In this document: positions 47,925 to 59,988 of the stretch, piece by piece
Numbering within the stretch: position 1 is the first letter of the stretch
Layout: each line of letters starts with the position of its first letter
DNA from: Malacoraja senta
Taxonomy: Eukaryota
Direction of reading: 5' to 3'
Length of the DNA: 64,000 bases
Assembly (NCBI GenBank): GCA_038087875.1
Contig: CM075997.1
Coordinates: 8,620,001-8,684,000 of the forward strand
Translations under genes and position numbers: made by a program
Notes under the pieces: generated by a model
Told to the model about the DNA's origin: nothing
Seen by the model: the letters and a program-made list of their open reading frames with translations, nothing else
The model's database searches: none

Positions 47925-47959
47925 TGCGCATGCCCAGGTCAAAGATCACTTGCTATAAA
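47925..47959 (+). promoter_or_regulatory. NRF1-like / DR1 / TATA module, duplicate
   Basis: TGCGCATGC, AGGTCA-A-AGATCA, TATAAA. Confidence 0.45.
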
Positions 47960-50269
47960 CATTCTCGGTGGCTGTGCTGCTGTGTAGGTGCAGGTCTGCG
48001 TTTCGTCCGTGGTCGGCGTCGTACCCGGGTCTCCGGCGTTGTTGAGTTGCTGCTAGGCCGTCCCCGTCCACTCCCGGATGTCCCGTCCCTGTCCGGGGGC
48101 GGCCCTGGGCTGGCAGGGCAGTGGCGGCCCGGGCTTGCAGCCGGCGCGGACACCGGCTCCAGGTCGGCTCTGACTGTCCCGCCTGGTTGGCCGACTGGCG
48201 GGGCGCGGTGGCGGCACCGGACTTGCAGACGGTGCGGATGGCTCCGGCCGGCCTCTGCTCCGGCTCCCCGGGACCGTCAGCTTCGCCTCTCACCTTGTCC
48301 GGTTGGCCATCTCGCTGCCGGCGGGGGCCGAGGGCCGGTCAAGCACACGGGTTGCTGCGGTGGCTCAGCGGGTCAGGCAACATCTCTGGAGAAGGGTCTC
48401 GACACGAAACGTCACCCATTCCTTTTTTCTGCGGGTGCTGCCTGTCCCGCTGTGTTGATGCAGCGTTTTGTGTCCCCCCGTTGATGGCTGGTGCTCGGCT
48501 TTCGCCGGTGCTGGGGGGGGGGGGGGTTGGCCGGCGGCCGCTGGGTGGGACGGCGAGTGCGGCTGGCGGTACCCCGAACTGGATCCTCGAGAGTTGGAGC
48601 CTCTGGCTGTCGACGCCGAGAATGTCTCTCCCCCTGTATCCCACTCGCATCTGCCCCCTCTCTCGCTACCTGGCACCCCCTTTCCTCGGATTAAATATAT
48701 ATTTACACATACATTATGAATAAAGATAAAAATGCATAAACAGTTTATACAGACCGCTTTGTTCGCTTTTTCTTAATAGCGAATGACCTTTGACAAATCC
48801 CATGACTCCTTGCGTTTTTCGGAACACTGAACTCACTTATTGGCCTCCGCTGCCTTCTGAGGTGGAGAATTCCACAGATTCACAACTCTCTGTGTGAAAA
48901 AGTTTTCCCTCATCTCAGTCCTAAATGGCCTATAAACTGTGACCCCTGGTTCTGGACTCCCCCAACATCGGGAACATGTTTCCTGCATAAACCCTGTCCA
49001 ATCCTTTAATAATTTAAAATGTTTCTATAAGATCCCCTCTGATCCTTCTAAATTCCTGCGAATACAAACCCACTCGACCCATTCTTTCATCATATGTCAG
49101 TCCCGCTATCCTGGGAATTAACCTGGTGAATTGTGCTGCACTCCCTCAATAGCAAGAATGTCCATCCTCAAATTAGGAGACATAAACTGCACAAAATACT
49201 CCAGGTGTGGTCTCACCAGAACTGCAATCAGACCTCTTTGGTCCTAAATTTAAATTCTCTCCCAATAGCGTTCTGCACTGTGAGATTTGATTTGCTGCCT
49301 GCCCATTGCCTGGAGTGCTGTGAGACTGGATTTGCTGCCTGCCCTCTGCTTGAAGTGCTGTGAGATTGGATTTGCAGCCTGCCCTCTGCTTGAAGTGCTG
49401 TGAGATTGGACTTGCTGCCTGCCCACGGCTTGAATTGCTGTGACAATGGATTTGCTGCTCGTCCTCTCCTTGAAATGCTGTGAGATTGGATTTGCTGCCT
49501 GCCCTCGGCTTGAAGTGCAGTGAGATTGGATTTGCAGCCTGCCCTCTGCTTGAAGTGCTGTGAGATTGGATTTGGTGCCTGCACTCTGCTTGAAGTGCTG
49601 TGAGATTGGATTTGCTGCCTGCCCTGCTTCAAGTGCTGTGAGATTGGATTTGCTGCATGCCCTCTGTTGAAGTGCTGTGAGATTGGATTTGCTGCCTGCC
49701 GTCTGTTTGAAGTGCTGTGAGATTGGATTTGCTGCCTGCCCTCAGTCTGAAGTGCTGTGAGATTGGATTTGCTGCCTGCCCTCTGCTCGAAGTGCTGTGA
49801 GATTGGATTTGCTGCCTGCCCTCTGCGCGAAGTGCTGTGAGATTGGATTTGCTGCCTGCACTCTGCTTGAAGTGCTGTGGGATTGGATTTGCTGCCCGCA
49901 CTCTGCTTGTTTTTTTTCTTTTCTACTCCTTCTTTCTATCTTCTTTTCTTCACTTTTCTTCTTTCACTCTTTTTTTTCTTTATCACACACTATATATCTC
50001 ACGTTTTTCTATATTTTATTATCTATTCTCTTTTTCTTTTTCTTCTTAATAATAATTTAAAAAAATAAGAAGCTGTACATAAAATGTATTATGTCAATAT
50101 ATATTAGGAACTTTGGTGCCATATGATTGTACTTACTTCTAATAAAATTAAAATATTTTTAAAAAAAAGAAGTGCTGAGATATTGGATTTGCTGCCTGGC
50201 CCGCATTCTGCTTGAAGTGCTGTGAGATTGGATTTGCTGCCTGCCCTCTGCTTGAAGTGCTGTGGGATT

Positions 50270-53118
50270 TGCTGTTGAGCCAAAACCAAAGAGGCCAACG
50301 TCAGGCAACGCCATTGTAGTTGGGGACTCCATTGTGAGAGGTACGGACAGGGGTTTCTGCAGGAACAGACGGGATTCGAGGATGGTGTGCTTCCTTCCTG
50401 GTGCCAGGATCCAGGATGTCATGGACAGAGTGCAGAAAATCCTCAAGGGCGAAGGCGAACAGCCGGAAGTGGTAGTGCATGTCGGCACAAGCGATGTCGG
50501 AAAGAAGGGGATGAATATTCTGCAGCGTGACGTTAGAGTGGAAAAATACTGAAAAGCAGGACCTCCAGGGTTGTTATCTCCGGTTTGCTTCCAGTTCCTC
50601 GTGCTGGCGAGAGCAGGAACAGGGAGATACGGGACCTGAATGTGTAGCTGAGGAACAGGTGCAGGAGGCAGGGATTTAGATTCTTAGGTCACTGGGATCT
50701 GTTTTGGAGTAAAGGGGAACTGTGGTCTCAGGGGTCTGTGTTGGGTTCACTGTTGTTTGTCATGTACATCAATGATCTGGATGATGGGGTGGAAAATTGG
50801 ATTAGTAAGTATGCAGATGATACTAAGATAGGTGGTGTTGTGGATAATGAAGTAGATTTTCAAAGTCTACAGAGAGATTTAGGCCATTTGGAAGAGTGGG
50901 CTGAAAGATGGCAGATGGAGTTTAATGCTGACAAATGTGAGGTGCTACATCTCGGCAGGACAAATCAAAATAGGACGTACACGGTAAATGGTAGCGAATT
51001 GAGGAATGCAGTTGAACAAAGGGATCTAGGAATAACTGTGCATAGTTCCATGAAGGTGGAATCTCATGTAAATAGGGTGGTAAAGAAAGCTTTTGGTGTG
51101 CTGGCCTTTATAAATCAGAGCATTGAATATAGAAGTTGGGATGTAAGATTAAAATTGTACAAGGCATTGGTGAGGCCAATTCTGGAGTATGGAGTACAAT
51201 TTTGGTCGCCTAATTATAGGAAGGATGTCAACAAAATAGAGAGTACAGAGGAGATTTACTAGAATGTTGACTGGGTTTCAGCAACTAAGTTACAGAGAAA
51301 GGTTGAACAAGTTAGGTCTTTATTCTTAGGAGCGCAGAAGGTTAAGAGGGGACTTGATAGAGGTCTTTAAAATTATGAGCGGGTTAGACAGAGTGGACGT
51401 GGATAAGCTTTTCCCATTGAGAGTAGGGAAGATTCAAAGAAGGGGACATGACTTGAGAATTAAGGGACAGAAGTTTAGGGGGAACTTCTGTACTCTCAAC
51501 AAAATAGAGAGTACAGAGGAGATTTACTAGAATGTTGCCTGGGTTTCAGCAACTAAGTTACAGAGAAAGGTTGAACAAGTTAGGTCTTTATTCTTTGGAG
51601 CGCAGAAGGTTAAGAGGGGACTTGATAGAGGTCTTTAAAATTATGAGCGGGTTAGACAGAGTGGACGTGGATAAGCTTTTCCCATTGAGAGTAGGGAAGA
51701 TTCAAACAAGGGGACATGACTTGAGAATTAAGGGACAGAAGTTTAGGGGGAACATTAGGGGGAACTTCTTTACTCAGAGAGTGGTAGCTGTGTGGAATGA
51801 GCTTCCAGTGGAAGTGGTGGAGGCAGGTTCGATGTTATACTTTAAAAATAGATTGGATGGGTATATGGACGGGAAAGGAATGGAGGGTTATGGTCTGAGT
51901 GCAGGTAGATGGGACTTGGGGGAAGTATTTATTTTTAATTTAAAACAAAAAATGTTAAAAATGTTCGGCACGGACTTGAAGGGCCGAGATGGCCTGTTTC
52001 CGTGCTGTTATGGTTATATGGTTATATAGGTACTTCGGATCTGTCTTCACTAAAGAAGACACAAACACTCCCAGATGTACTGGAGGACAGAAACATAAAA
52101 AATAGGTGCAGGAGAAGGCCATTCGAGCCTGCACCGCCATTCAATATGATCATGGCTGATCATCCAACTCAGTATCCTGTACCTGCCTTCTCTCCATACC
52201 CCCTGATATCTTTAGCCACAAGGGCCGCATCTAACTCCCTCTTAAATATAGCCAATGAACTCGCCAGAACTACCTACTCTGGCAGAGAATTCCAGAGATT
52301 CACCACTCTAAGGATCTAAGGGGGTAGAGGAACTGAAAGAAATTTTCATTAGGCGAGAAATAGTATTGGGTAGGCTAATGGGACTGAAGGATCAGGGAGG
52401 TGCAGCGACTTAGGCGTCCTTGTGCACCGGTCACTGAAAGTCGGCTTACAGGTACAGCAGGCAGTGAAGATAGCTAATGGAATGTTGGCCTTCATTACAA
52501 GAGGATTTCAGTATAGGAGTAAAGAGGTTCTTCTGCAGTTGTATAGGGCTCTGGTGAGACCACATCTGGAGTATTGTGTACAGTTTTGGTCTCCTAATTT
52601 GAGGAAGGACATCCTTGTGATTGAGGCAGTGCAGCGTAGGTTCACGAGATTGATCCCTGGGATGGCAGGACCGTCATATGAGGAAAGATTGAAAAGACTA
52701 GGCTTGAATTCACTGGAGGTTAGAAGGATGAGGGGCTATCATATAGAATCATATAAAATTATAAAAGGACTGGACAAGCTAGATGCAGGAAAAATGTTCC
52801 CAATGTTTGGCGAGTCCAGAACCAGGGGCCACAGTCTTAGAATAAAGGGGAGGTCATTTAAGACTGAGGTGAGAAAAAACTTTTTCACCCAGAGAGTTGT
52901 GAATTTATGGAATTCCCTGCCACAGAGGGCAGTGGAGGCCAAGTGCTGGATGGATTTAAGAGAGAGTTAGATAGAGCTCTTGGGGCTAGTGGTAAGGTAT
53001 AAGGGGAGAAGGCAGGCACGGGTTATTGATAGGGGACCATCAGCCATGATCGCAATGAATGGCTGTGCTGGCTCGAAGGGCCGAATGGCCTCCTCCTGCA
53101 CCTATTTTCTATGTTTCT
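50270..53118 (+). mobile_element. CR1 mosaic: A-type ORF1 piece, other-subfamily RT and tail (~50725-52027, with an internal ~270-bp duplication), A-type ORF2 3' end with a nested B tail (~52090-52308, minus)
   Basis: ORFs 50262-50552, 50738-51262, 51532-52029 and 52422-52970; distinct tails GGTTATAT and TTCTATGT. Confidence 0.9.
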
Positions 53119-54677
53119 AGTGGATTTGCTGCCTGCACTCTGCTTGAAGTGGTATGAGATTGGATTTGCTGACTGCACTCTGCTTGAAGTTCTGTGAGAT
53201 TTGATTTGCTGCCCGCACTCTGCTTGAAGTGCTGTGAGATTGGATTTGCTGACCGCACTCTGCTTGAAGAGCTGTGAGTTTGGATTTGCTGCCCGCCCTC
53301 TGCTTGAAGTGCTGTGGGATTAGATTTGCTGCCCACCCTCTGCTTGAAGTGCTGTGAGGTTGGATTTGCTGCCTGGCCTGCACTCTGCTTGATGTGCTGT
53401 GAGATCGGATTTGCTGCCTGGCCTGCACTCTGCTTGAAGTGCTGTGAGATTGCATTTGCTGCCTTGCCCACACTCTGGATTTGCTGCCTGCCCTCTGCTT
53501 GAAGTGCTGTGAGATTGGATTTGCTGCCCGTCCTCTGCTTGAAGTGCTGTGAGATTGGATCTGCTGCCTGCTTCTGTGCAGAACATGGATAGGTGATGTT
53601 TCACAGAGTGCTGGAGTAACTCAGCGGGTCTGGCAGTATTTGTGGAGAACATGGGCAGGTGACGTTTCAGAGTGCTGGAGTAACTCAGCAGGTCAGGCAG
53701 CATCTCTGGAGAACAGGGATAGATGACATTTCGGGTTGGGACCCTTCTTCAGAATGACACTATTTTATCAGCTGAGGGGGTGATCGGCAGATGAGTGAAG
53801 TAAGTGACAGGCGAGTGAAAATAAGCAAATAAAAGGGTGTGAGACAAGGAGAGAGGAATGTATATGTGCAGCTTTAAGGGACCATTTGGTCAGGTCAGGT
53901 AGCATTTGGAGTATTGCATACAGTTCTGGTCACTCCATTACAGGACTGATGTGGAGGCTTTGGGGAAGATGCAGAGATGGTTAACCAGAATGTTTTAAAA
54001 ATAAGGATCTGCAGATGCGTGTTTGCAAAATAGGACACAAAATGCTGGAGTAACTCAGCGGGACAGGCAGCATCTCATGAGAAGGAATGGGTGACGTTCG
54101 GGTCGAGACTGAAGAAGGGTTGAGGCTGGGACTATCCCAACGTTTAAGAAACAGTTAGACAGGTACATGGATAGGACAAGTTTGCAGGGATATGGACCAA
54201 ACGCAGGCAGGTGGGACTAGTATAGCTGGGGCATGTTGATCGGTGTGGGCAAGTTGGGCCGAAGTGCCTGTTTCCACACTTCATCAGTCGATGACTATAA
54301 CAGAAAGTGCTGCAGTAACTCGGCGGGTCGGGCAGCATCTGTGGAGAACATGGATCTGGAGAGACCGGCGCAGACTTGTTAGCTTAGTTTCAGTTTACCT
54401 TGTGAGATGGTAGAAATAGCAGTTTTTTACCATGAGCTGAGCTGTGTCATGAGCCGAGCCAAAAAGACTGTAAACCATGAGCTGAGCTGAGCCATGAGCA
54501 GAGCCAAAAAGACTGTAAGCCATGAGCTGAACCATGAGCTAAGCTGAAAGACTATAAGTAGAGCAAGTTTGTGATATGAATGGAACAGCGATTAAGAGCA
54601 GAAAGTGATGGACTGTATTTAGTGTTGAATTACTTCAATTAAAACCAATGAATCAAGATTCAACAACGGAAAGACTC

Positions 54678-55340
54678 AATAGACAATAGGTGCAGGAATA
54701 GGCCATTCGGCAATTTCAGCCATTCAATGTGATCATGGCTGATCATCCGCAATCAGTACCCTGTTCCTGCCTTCTCCCCATATCCTCTGACTCCGCTATC
54801 TTTAAGAGCTCTATCTAGCTCTTTGAAAGTATCCAGAGAACCGGCCTCCACCTCCCTCTGAGACAGAGAATTCCACACTCACAACTCTCTGTGTGAAAAA
54901 GCGTTTCCTCATCTCCGTTCTAAATGGCTTACCCCTTATTCTTAAACTGTGGCCCATTTCTGGACTCCCCCAACATTCGGAACATGTTTCCTGCCTCTCC
55001 CGTGTCCAAACCCTGAATCTTATGTTTCAATAAGATTCCCTCTCATCCTTCTAAACTCCAGAGTATACAAGCCCAGTCTTTCCATTCTCTCAGTTTTGAC
55101 ACTTTTGCCATCCCAGGAATTAACCTTGTGAACCTACGCTGCACTCCCTCAATAGCAAGAATGTCCGTCCTGAAATTTGGAGACCAAAACTGCACACAAT
55201 ACTCCAGGTGTGGTCTCACTAGGGCCCTATACAACTGCAGAAGGACCTCTTTGCTCCTATTCTCAACTCCTCTTGTTATGAAGGCCAACATGCCATTCGC
55301 TTTCTTCACTGCCTGCTGTACCTGCATGCTTACTTTCATT
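54678..55340 (-). mobile_element. CR1 3' fragment
   Basis: QVQQAVKKANGMLAFI..RPHLEYCVQFWSP and 3' UTR. Confidence 0.9.
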
Positions 55341-56349
55341 TTCACTATTCACTCATTTTACTGACTCATTTTTATTGTTGCTGGAGCTGTTACGGTGAGT
55401 GCGTAAACTACATCTCTACTGCATCTTACGAGAAGTTATGGCTATCAAGGCGGGGCCTTGAGATCGTTACAAATACTGCCATTATAGCTGGAGTAACTCA
55501 GCGGGTCAGGCAGCATCTGTGGAGAATATGGATAGGTGATGTTTCACAGAGTGCTGGAGTAACTCAGTGGGTCAGGCAGCATTTGTGGAGAACATGGGCA
55601 GGTGACGTTTCACAGAGTGCTGGAGTAACTCAGCGGGTCAGGCAGCATCTCCGGAGAACAGGGATAGATGACATTTCGTGTTGGGACCCTTCTTCAGACT
55701 GACACTATGTTAACAGATGAGGGGGTGATCGGCAGATGAGTGAAGTAAGTGACAGAGGCGAGAGAAAATAAGGAGATAAAAGGGTGTGAGATAAGGAGAG
55801 AGGAATGTATATGTGCAGCTTTAAGGGATAATGGTCAGGTAGCATTTGGAGTATTGCATACAGTTCTGGTCACTTCATTATAGGACTGATGTGGAGGCTT
55901 TGGGGAAGGTGCAGAGATGGTTAACCAGAATGGTTTAAATACAAGGAACTGTAGATGCTGGTTTACAAAAAAGGACACAAAACGGTGGAGTAACTCAGCG
56001 GGACAGGCAGCATCTCTGGAGAGGAATAGGTGACGTTTCGGGTCAAAACTGAAGAGGGTCTCGACCCGAAACATTACCCTTTCCTTCCAGCATTTTTGTG
56101 TCTACCTAAACACCGCCTATCCACGTCGTGGTGTGCCAGCAGGCTGGAGGAGCAGGCAAAGGCCCTTGCCACAGAGCGGGAAGGGGCACTGGCCGGTGTG
56201 GGTGGACTCGCCGGTGCTCCAGCAGGTGGTCAAGGCGGGTGAAGCCCTTACCACAGGACGGGCAGGGGAAGGGACGCACACCCCTGTGGGTACGCCAGTG
56301 CTGCCACAGGCTGGACATGTGGGTGAAACCCTTGCCACACTCAGCGCAC

Positions 56350-57645
56350 TCAAAGGGTTTCTCTCTGGTGTGTAACCGCTGGTTTTCCCGCTGCCTCCGT
56401 GCGCTCTTGAAACGCTTGCCACAGTGGGAGCAGCCGCTCACCGGCATGGGCCCGCCGGTGCTGCCGCAACCCCCGCGAGCTGTCAAACGCCTCCCCGCAG
56501 TATGGGCAGTCGTAGGGCTGGCCACTGGTGTGCACGCGCTGGTGAGACAGGGAGTGGGAGGCCATGGCAAAGCGATCTCCACACACTGGGCTGGGGATGG
56601 GACAGTCGCCTGCGTGCACCCGCTGATGGGACAGTAACTTGGTGGAGCACGTGAAGCCCTTGCCGCATTTGGCGCAGGTGAAGGGGCGTTCGCCAGTGTG
56701 AGTGCGCTGGTGCCCCAGCAGGTTGCTGGAGTGGGTGAAGCTCTTGCTGCAGTCGCTGCAGGTGTAGGGCTGCTCCCCGGTGTGCAGGCGCCTGTGCACC
56801 TTCAGGTGCGTGGATGACTTGAAGCCTTTGGCGCAGTCGGAGCAGGTGAAGGGCCGCTCACTGCTGTGCACCCGCCGGTGCACCTGCAGCCCTGACGACT
56901 GGGCAAAGCTCTTGCCGCAGGTGGAGCAGCGATAGGGCTTCTCGCCCGTGTGCACTCGCCGGTGGACCTTCAGCTGTTGCGCCCTCTTGAAGCTCTTGCC
57001 ACAGTCGGAGCAGCCGAAGGGCCTGGGAAAGGGACGGTCGCCGGTGTGCACCTGCTGGTGCTCCAGCAGTCTGGTGGAGCAGGTGAAGCCCTTGCCACAC
57101 TGGGCGCAGGTGTAGGGCCGCTCGCCGGTGTGGGTGTGCTGGTGCTCCAGCAGGCTGTTGGACTGGGCGAAGCCCTTGCCGCAGATGCTGCAGGTGTAGG
57201 GCCGCTCCCCGGTGTGTAGGCGCCTGTGCACCTTCAAGTCCGGCGACGACTTGAAGCGTTTACCACAGTCGGAGCAGGTGAAGGGCCGCTCACTGCTGTG
57301 CACCCGCCGGTGCCGTCGTAGCCCCCACAACCGGGCGAAGCTCTTGCCACAGGTGGAGCAGCCATAGGGCTTCTCGCCCGTGTGCACTCGCCGGTGGATC
57401 TTCAGTTCCTGCGCCGTCTTGTAGCTCTTGCTGCAGTTGGAGCAGTCGAAGGGGCGTTCTCCTGTGTGCACTCGCTGGTGGACCTTCAGGTCCTTCGCCG
57501 TCTTGAAGCCTTTGCTGCAGTCGGAGCAGTCGAAGGGGCGTTCTCCCGTGTGCACCCTCCAGTGGATCTCAAGCAGGCTCGGGCTCTGCCAGGCCTTGCC
57601 ACACACGTCGCACTCATAACGCTTCTCCTTGTTGTGCCCCGTCAT
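56350..57645 (-). CDS. Tandem C2H2 zinc-finger protein, copy 4 (431 aa from ATG 57645; 13 intact plus 1 degenerate finger; no KRAB/SCAN/BTB in this exon)
   Basis: Uninterrupted finger array with TGE(R/K)P linkers; the paralogous first ATG is GTG here (57657); acceptor at 57793-57794; further out-of-frame fingers run to ~56150. Confidence 0.85.
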   Translation of the reverse strand: MTGHNKEKRYECDVCGKAWQSPSLLEIHWRVHTGERPFDCSDCSKGFKTAKDLKVHQRVHTGERPFDCSNCSKSYKTAQELKIHRRVHTGEKPYGCSTCGKSFARLWGLRRHRRVHSSERPFTCSDCGKRFKSSPDLKVHRRLHTGERPYTCSICGKGFAQSNSLLEHQHTHTGERPYTCAQCGKGFTCSTRLLEHQQVHTGDRPFPRPFGCSDCGKSFKRAQQLKVHRRVHTGEKPYRCSTCGKSFAQSSGLQVHRRVHSSERPFTCSDCAKGFKSSTHLKVHRRLHTGEQPYTCSDCSKSFTHSSNLLGHQRTHTGERPFTCAKCGKGFTCSTKLLSHQRVHAGDCPIPSPVCGDRFAMASHSLSHQRVHTSGQPYDCPYCGEAFDSSRGLRQHRRAHAGERLLPLWQAFQERTEAAGKPAVTHQRETL

Positions 57646-58124
57646 GTGGTCCTCCACCGTAGCTCAGCCCCTCGAAGCTCAGCCCGCACTCCGAGCAGAA
57701 GGTGGGGGGGGGGGAAGCTCATCGGCACCCTGGCTGCCCTCAATGGTCACTCACGACCCCATCTCTCCATCCACAGCAACGGTTCCTAAACCCTGCAGGA
57801 GGGGAACACAGAAGGTCAACAAGCTGGCAAACAGGACATTTCTAACACGTGAACATTACTGGTGCTTGAAGGGGGGGGGGGTAGAGGGGATGGGGAGGAT
57901 GGGGTGAATGGGGGAGAGAGGAGGGGGGGAAGGAGGGGAGAGGTGGTGAGGCAGGAAGGGCGGGAAGTGTGGAAGAGGGATGCGGACGGTGGAAGTGAGG
58001 GGAGGGGGAGAGGGGTTATGACGGGAGGGCGGGGGTGGAGAGGGAGTTGTGTGAGGGGGTGAGAGGAGGGGGAGGTGGAGAAGGGAGGGGGTGAGGAAGC
58101 GTGGGAGAAGGGGGGCGCACGACC

Positions 58125-58200
58125 AGCGCGCTGACGTCACCGCCAATCCGAGGGGGGCTGCCGGCCACGCACCCTGCCATTGCGCAGTCACGTGGGAGGG
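58125..58200 (-). promoter_or_regulatory. ZNF promoter module (copy 4)
   Basis: TGACGTCA 58132, CCAAT 58143, GTCACGTG 58187. Confidence 0.6.
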
Positions 58201-58290
58201 GGGGGGGGAGCGTGCATCATGGGAAGAAGGTCACACAGTGCTGGAGTCACTCAGCTGTTCGGGCAGCGACTGTGGAGAGAAGGAATGCGT

Positions 58291-58318
58291 GACGTTTCGG
58301 GTCATGACCCTTCTTCAG
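58291..58318 (-). ncRNA. Minimal hammerhead-ribozyme-like motif (PLE pLTR derivative)
   Basis: CTGAAGA-A-GGGTC-AT-GACCC-GAAAC-GTC. Confidence 0.55.
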
Positions 58319-59628
58319 TCTGATGGGAGGTACAGAGATAAGGAAGTATAAGGAGTGAAAACAGGACAAAGGGAATTCAGTTCAAGGAAAATGTAGAATA
58401 GATCATTGTTAGTTGGGAGAAGGCAATAGGCCTATTTATAATTTATGTTTAAAAATAAAAACATAGACAGTAGGTGATGGAGTAGGCCATTCAGCCCTTC
58501 GAGCCAGCACCGCCATTCAATATGATCATGGCTGATCATCCAGAATCTAAGTACCCCGTTCCTGCTTTTTCCCCATATCACTTGATTCCGTTAGCCCAAG
58601 AGTAGCGATGTTACAAAACTTACCTTCAGTGGCACTGCAGTTCTGCCACTGGCCGTGTGCGCGACTTTGGCGCCTTTGAGGGGGGGCGGGATTAAAATCC
58701 AGTTTTCTACCGCCTGTCCGAGGCGGATTTCCTCGGGCTGCTAGCTGATGCAGAAAAATCGTTCCGACTTCCATTCCCGATTTGTTTTGTAAATTTTAAA
58801 TCGCGAGACAATTTCATAATTATATTAAAATAAAAAGCGACTTCTAACGCCGTCAACACGTACAACGTGACGGATCTCAAGTACGGGACAAAACGCGGTG
58901 TAAGTCGTGTATTTTACATATAAACATGCTTCTTGGGATGACTTTAATCAATCCTCTATAAGCAAAAATGTGATTTGGGCCCCATACAAACCAGCAGTGT
59001 TTTTCCTGCCGATATGGGGTTAAAATTCACCGCAAATGCAACGTTCCAATCGATCGCGTTCCAGAAGCAAGTTGATTAAAATGCCCCCCTTTTTTTTTTG
59101 AGATAAGCCGTCTAAATTGTCTATATTTTGTCTTATTCTCTCTCTCTATGATCATTATTTTTAAACTAAATATTCACAACAGTCACATGTATTGTGCAAA
59201 AAACAATCATTTGATTATATTTTGGGTAGATGTTTCTAGATTAATTTATGGGAATTAAACATTCAATTCCTTCCATCTGGGGAGTGCAGTGGAGAGATAC
59301 GTTTTTTTGCCTTCCATCACAGCGCTGTGATGGATGTATGTGTAAATTGTGTTGTGTCTCGGGTCTTCTTTGTTTTGTATTGTATGGCTGCAGAAACGAC
59401 ATTTCGTTTGGACCTCAAGGGGTCCAAATGACAAATTTGTCCCTCAAAAGACAAATAAATTGAATTGGAATTGGATATAAATTCATGACAGTGAGATTTA
59501 AAAATCATGTTATATTGTGAATTCTTGTGTGAATGGGATTAGTTTGCTATTTGGGTACTTAGGCTATTAAAAAAAATTATCCTTTTCCTAAGGAATGGAA
59601 TCTACAGGACATTGTTAATGGGAAAGTA

Positions 59629-59832
59629 ATGGGCAGAAAGGCATGTCATGTGTGGTTTGAAGAGCAAAAACTTGTAGTTTACAATGCCAAAATTGAAAAG
59701 TTGAGGAAAAACAAGGTGTACAGAGATGCTTATTGGTTACAATCTGAGGAGTATGATGATGCTACTGATTATGATATGCCAATGTACCAACTAGCAACTG
59801 ATCTTCTCCATAAAGACTTGGTCTATTGCTAG
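59629..59832 (+). pseudogene. Probable transposase C-terminal remnant
   Basis: 67-aa protein-like ORF (GRK.CHVW..Y.AKI..Y..YW..LATDL..KDL) inside the TIR element; family not confirmed. Confidence 0.4.
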
Positions 59833-59988
59833 AAATTGTAATTTATTTACCTATCTCCTCCGGATTTACAGCATATTAAATATTAATATTAAAGTTCTGA
59901 TCTTGAGAATATCACATTTTTTAATTTTCAAGGCAGTCTGGGTGTTTATTACTATTTCCGTCACAACGGTCAATTTTGTAATTAACTA

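Larger units (their letters stand above)
45239..51801. repeat. Tandem segmental duplication, unit 2
   Basis: Begins GGCTCTTAGGG like 38718 and ends TGTGGAATGAG like 45238. Confidence 0.95.

Noticed and set aside
54401..54678. Possible solo LTR (TG start, CCATGAGCTGAGC repeats, TATAAG, ATTAAA)
   Set aside because: No matching TSD, partner LTR or PBS found; left unassigned
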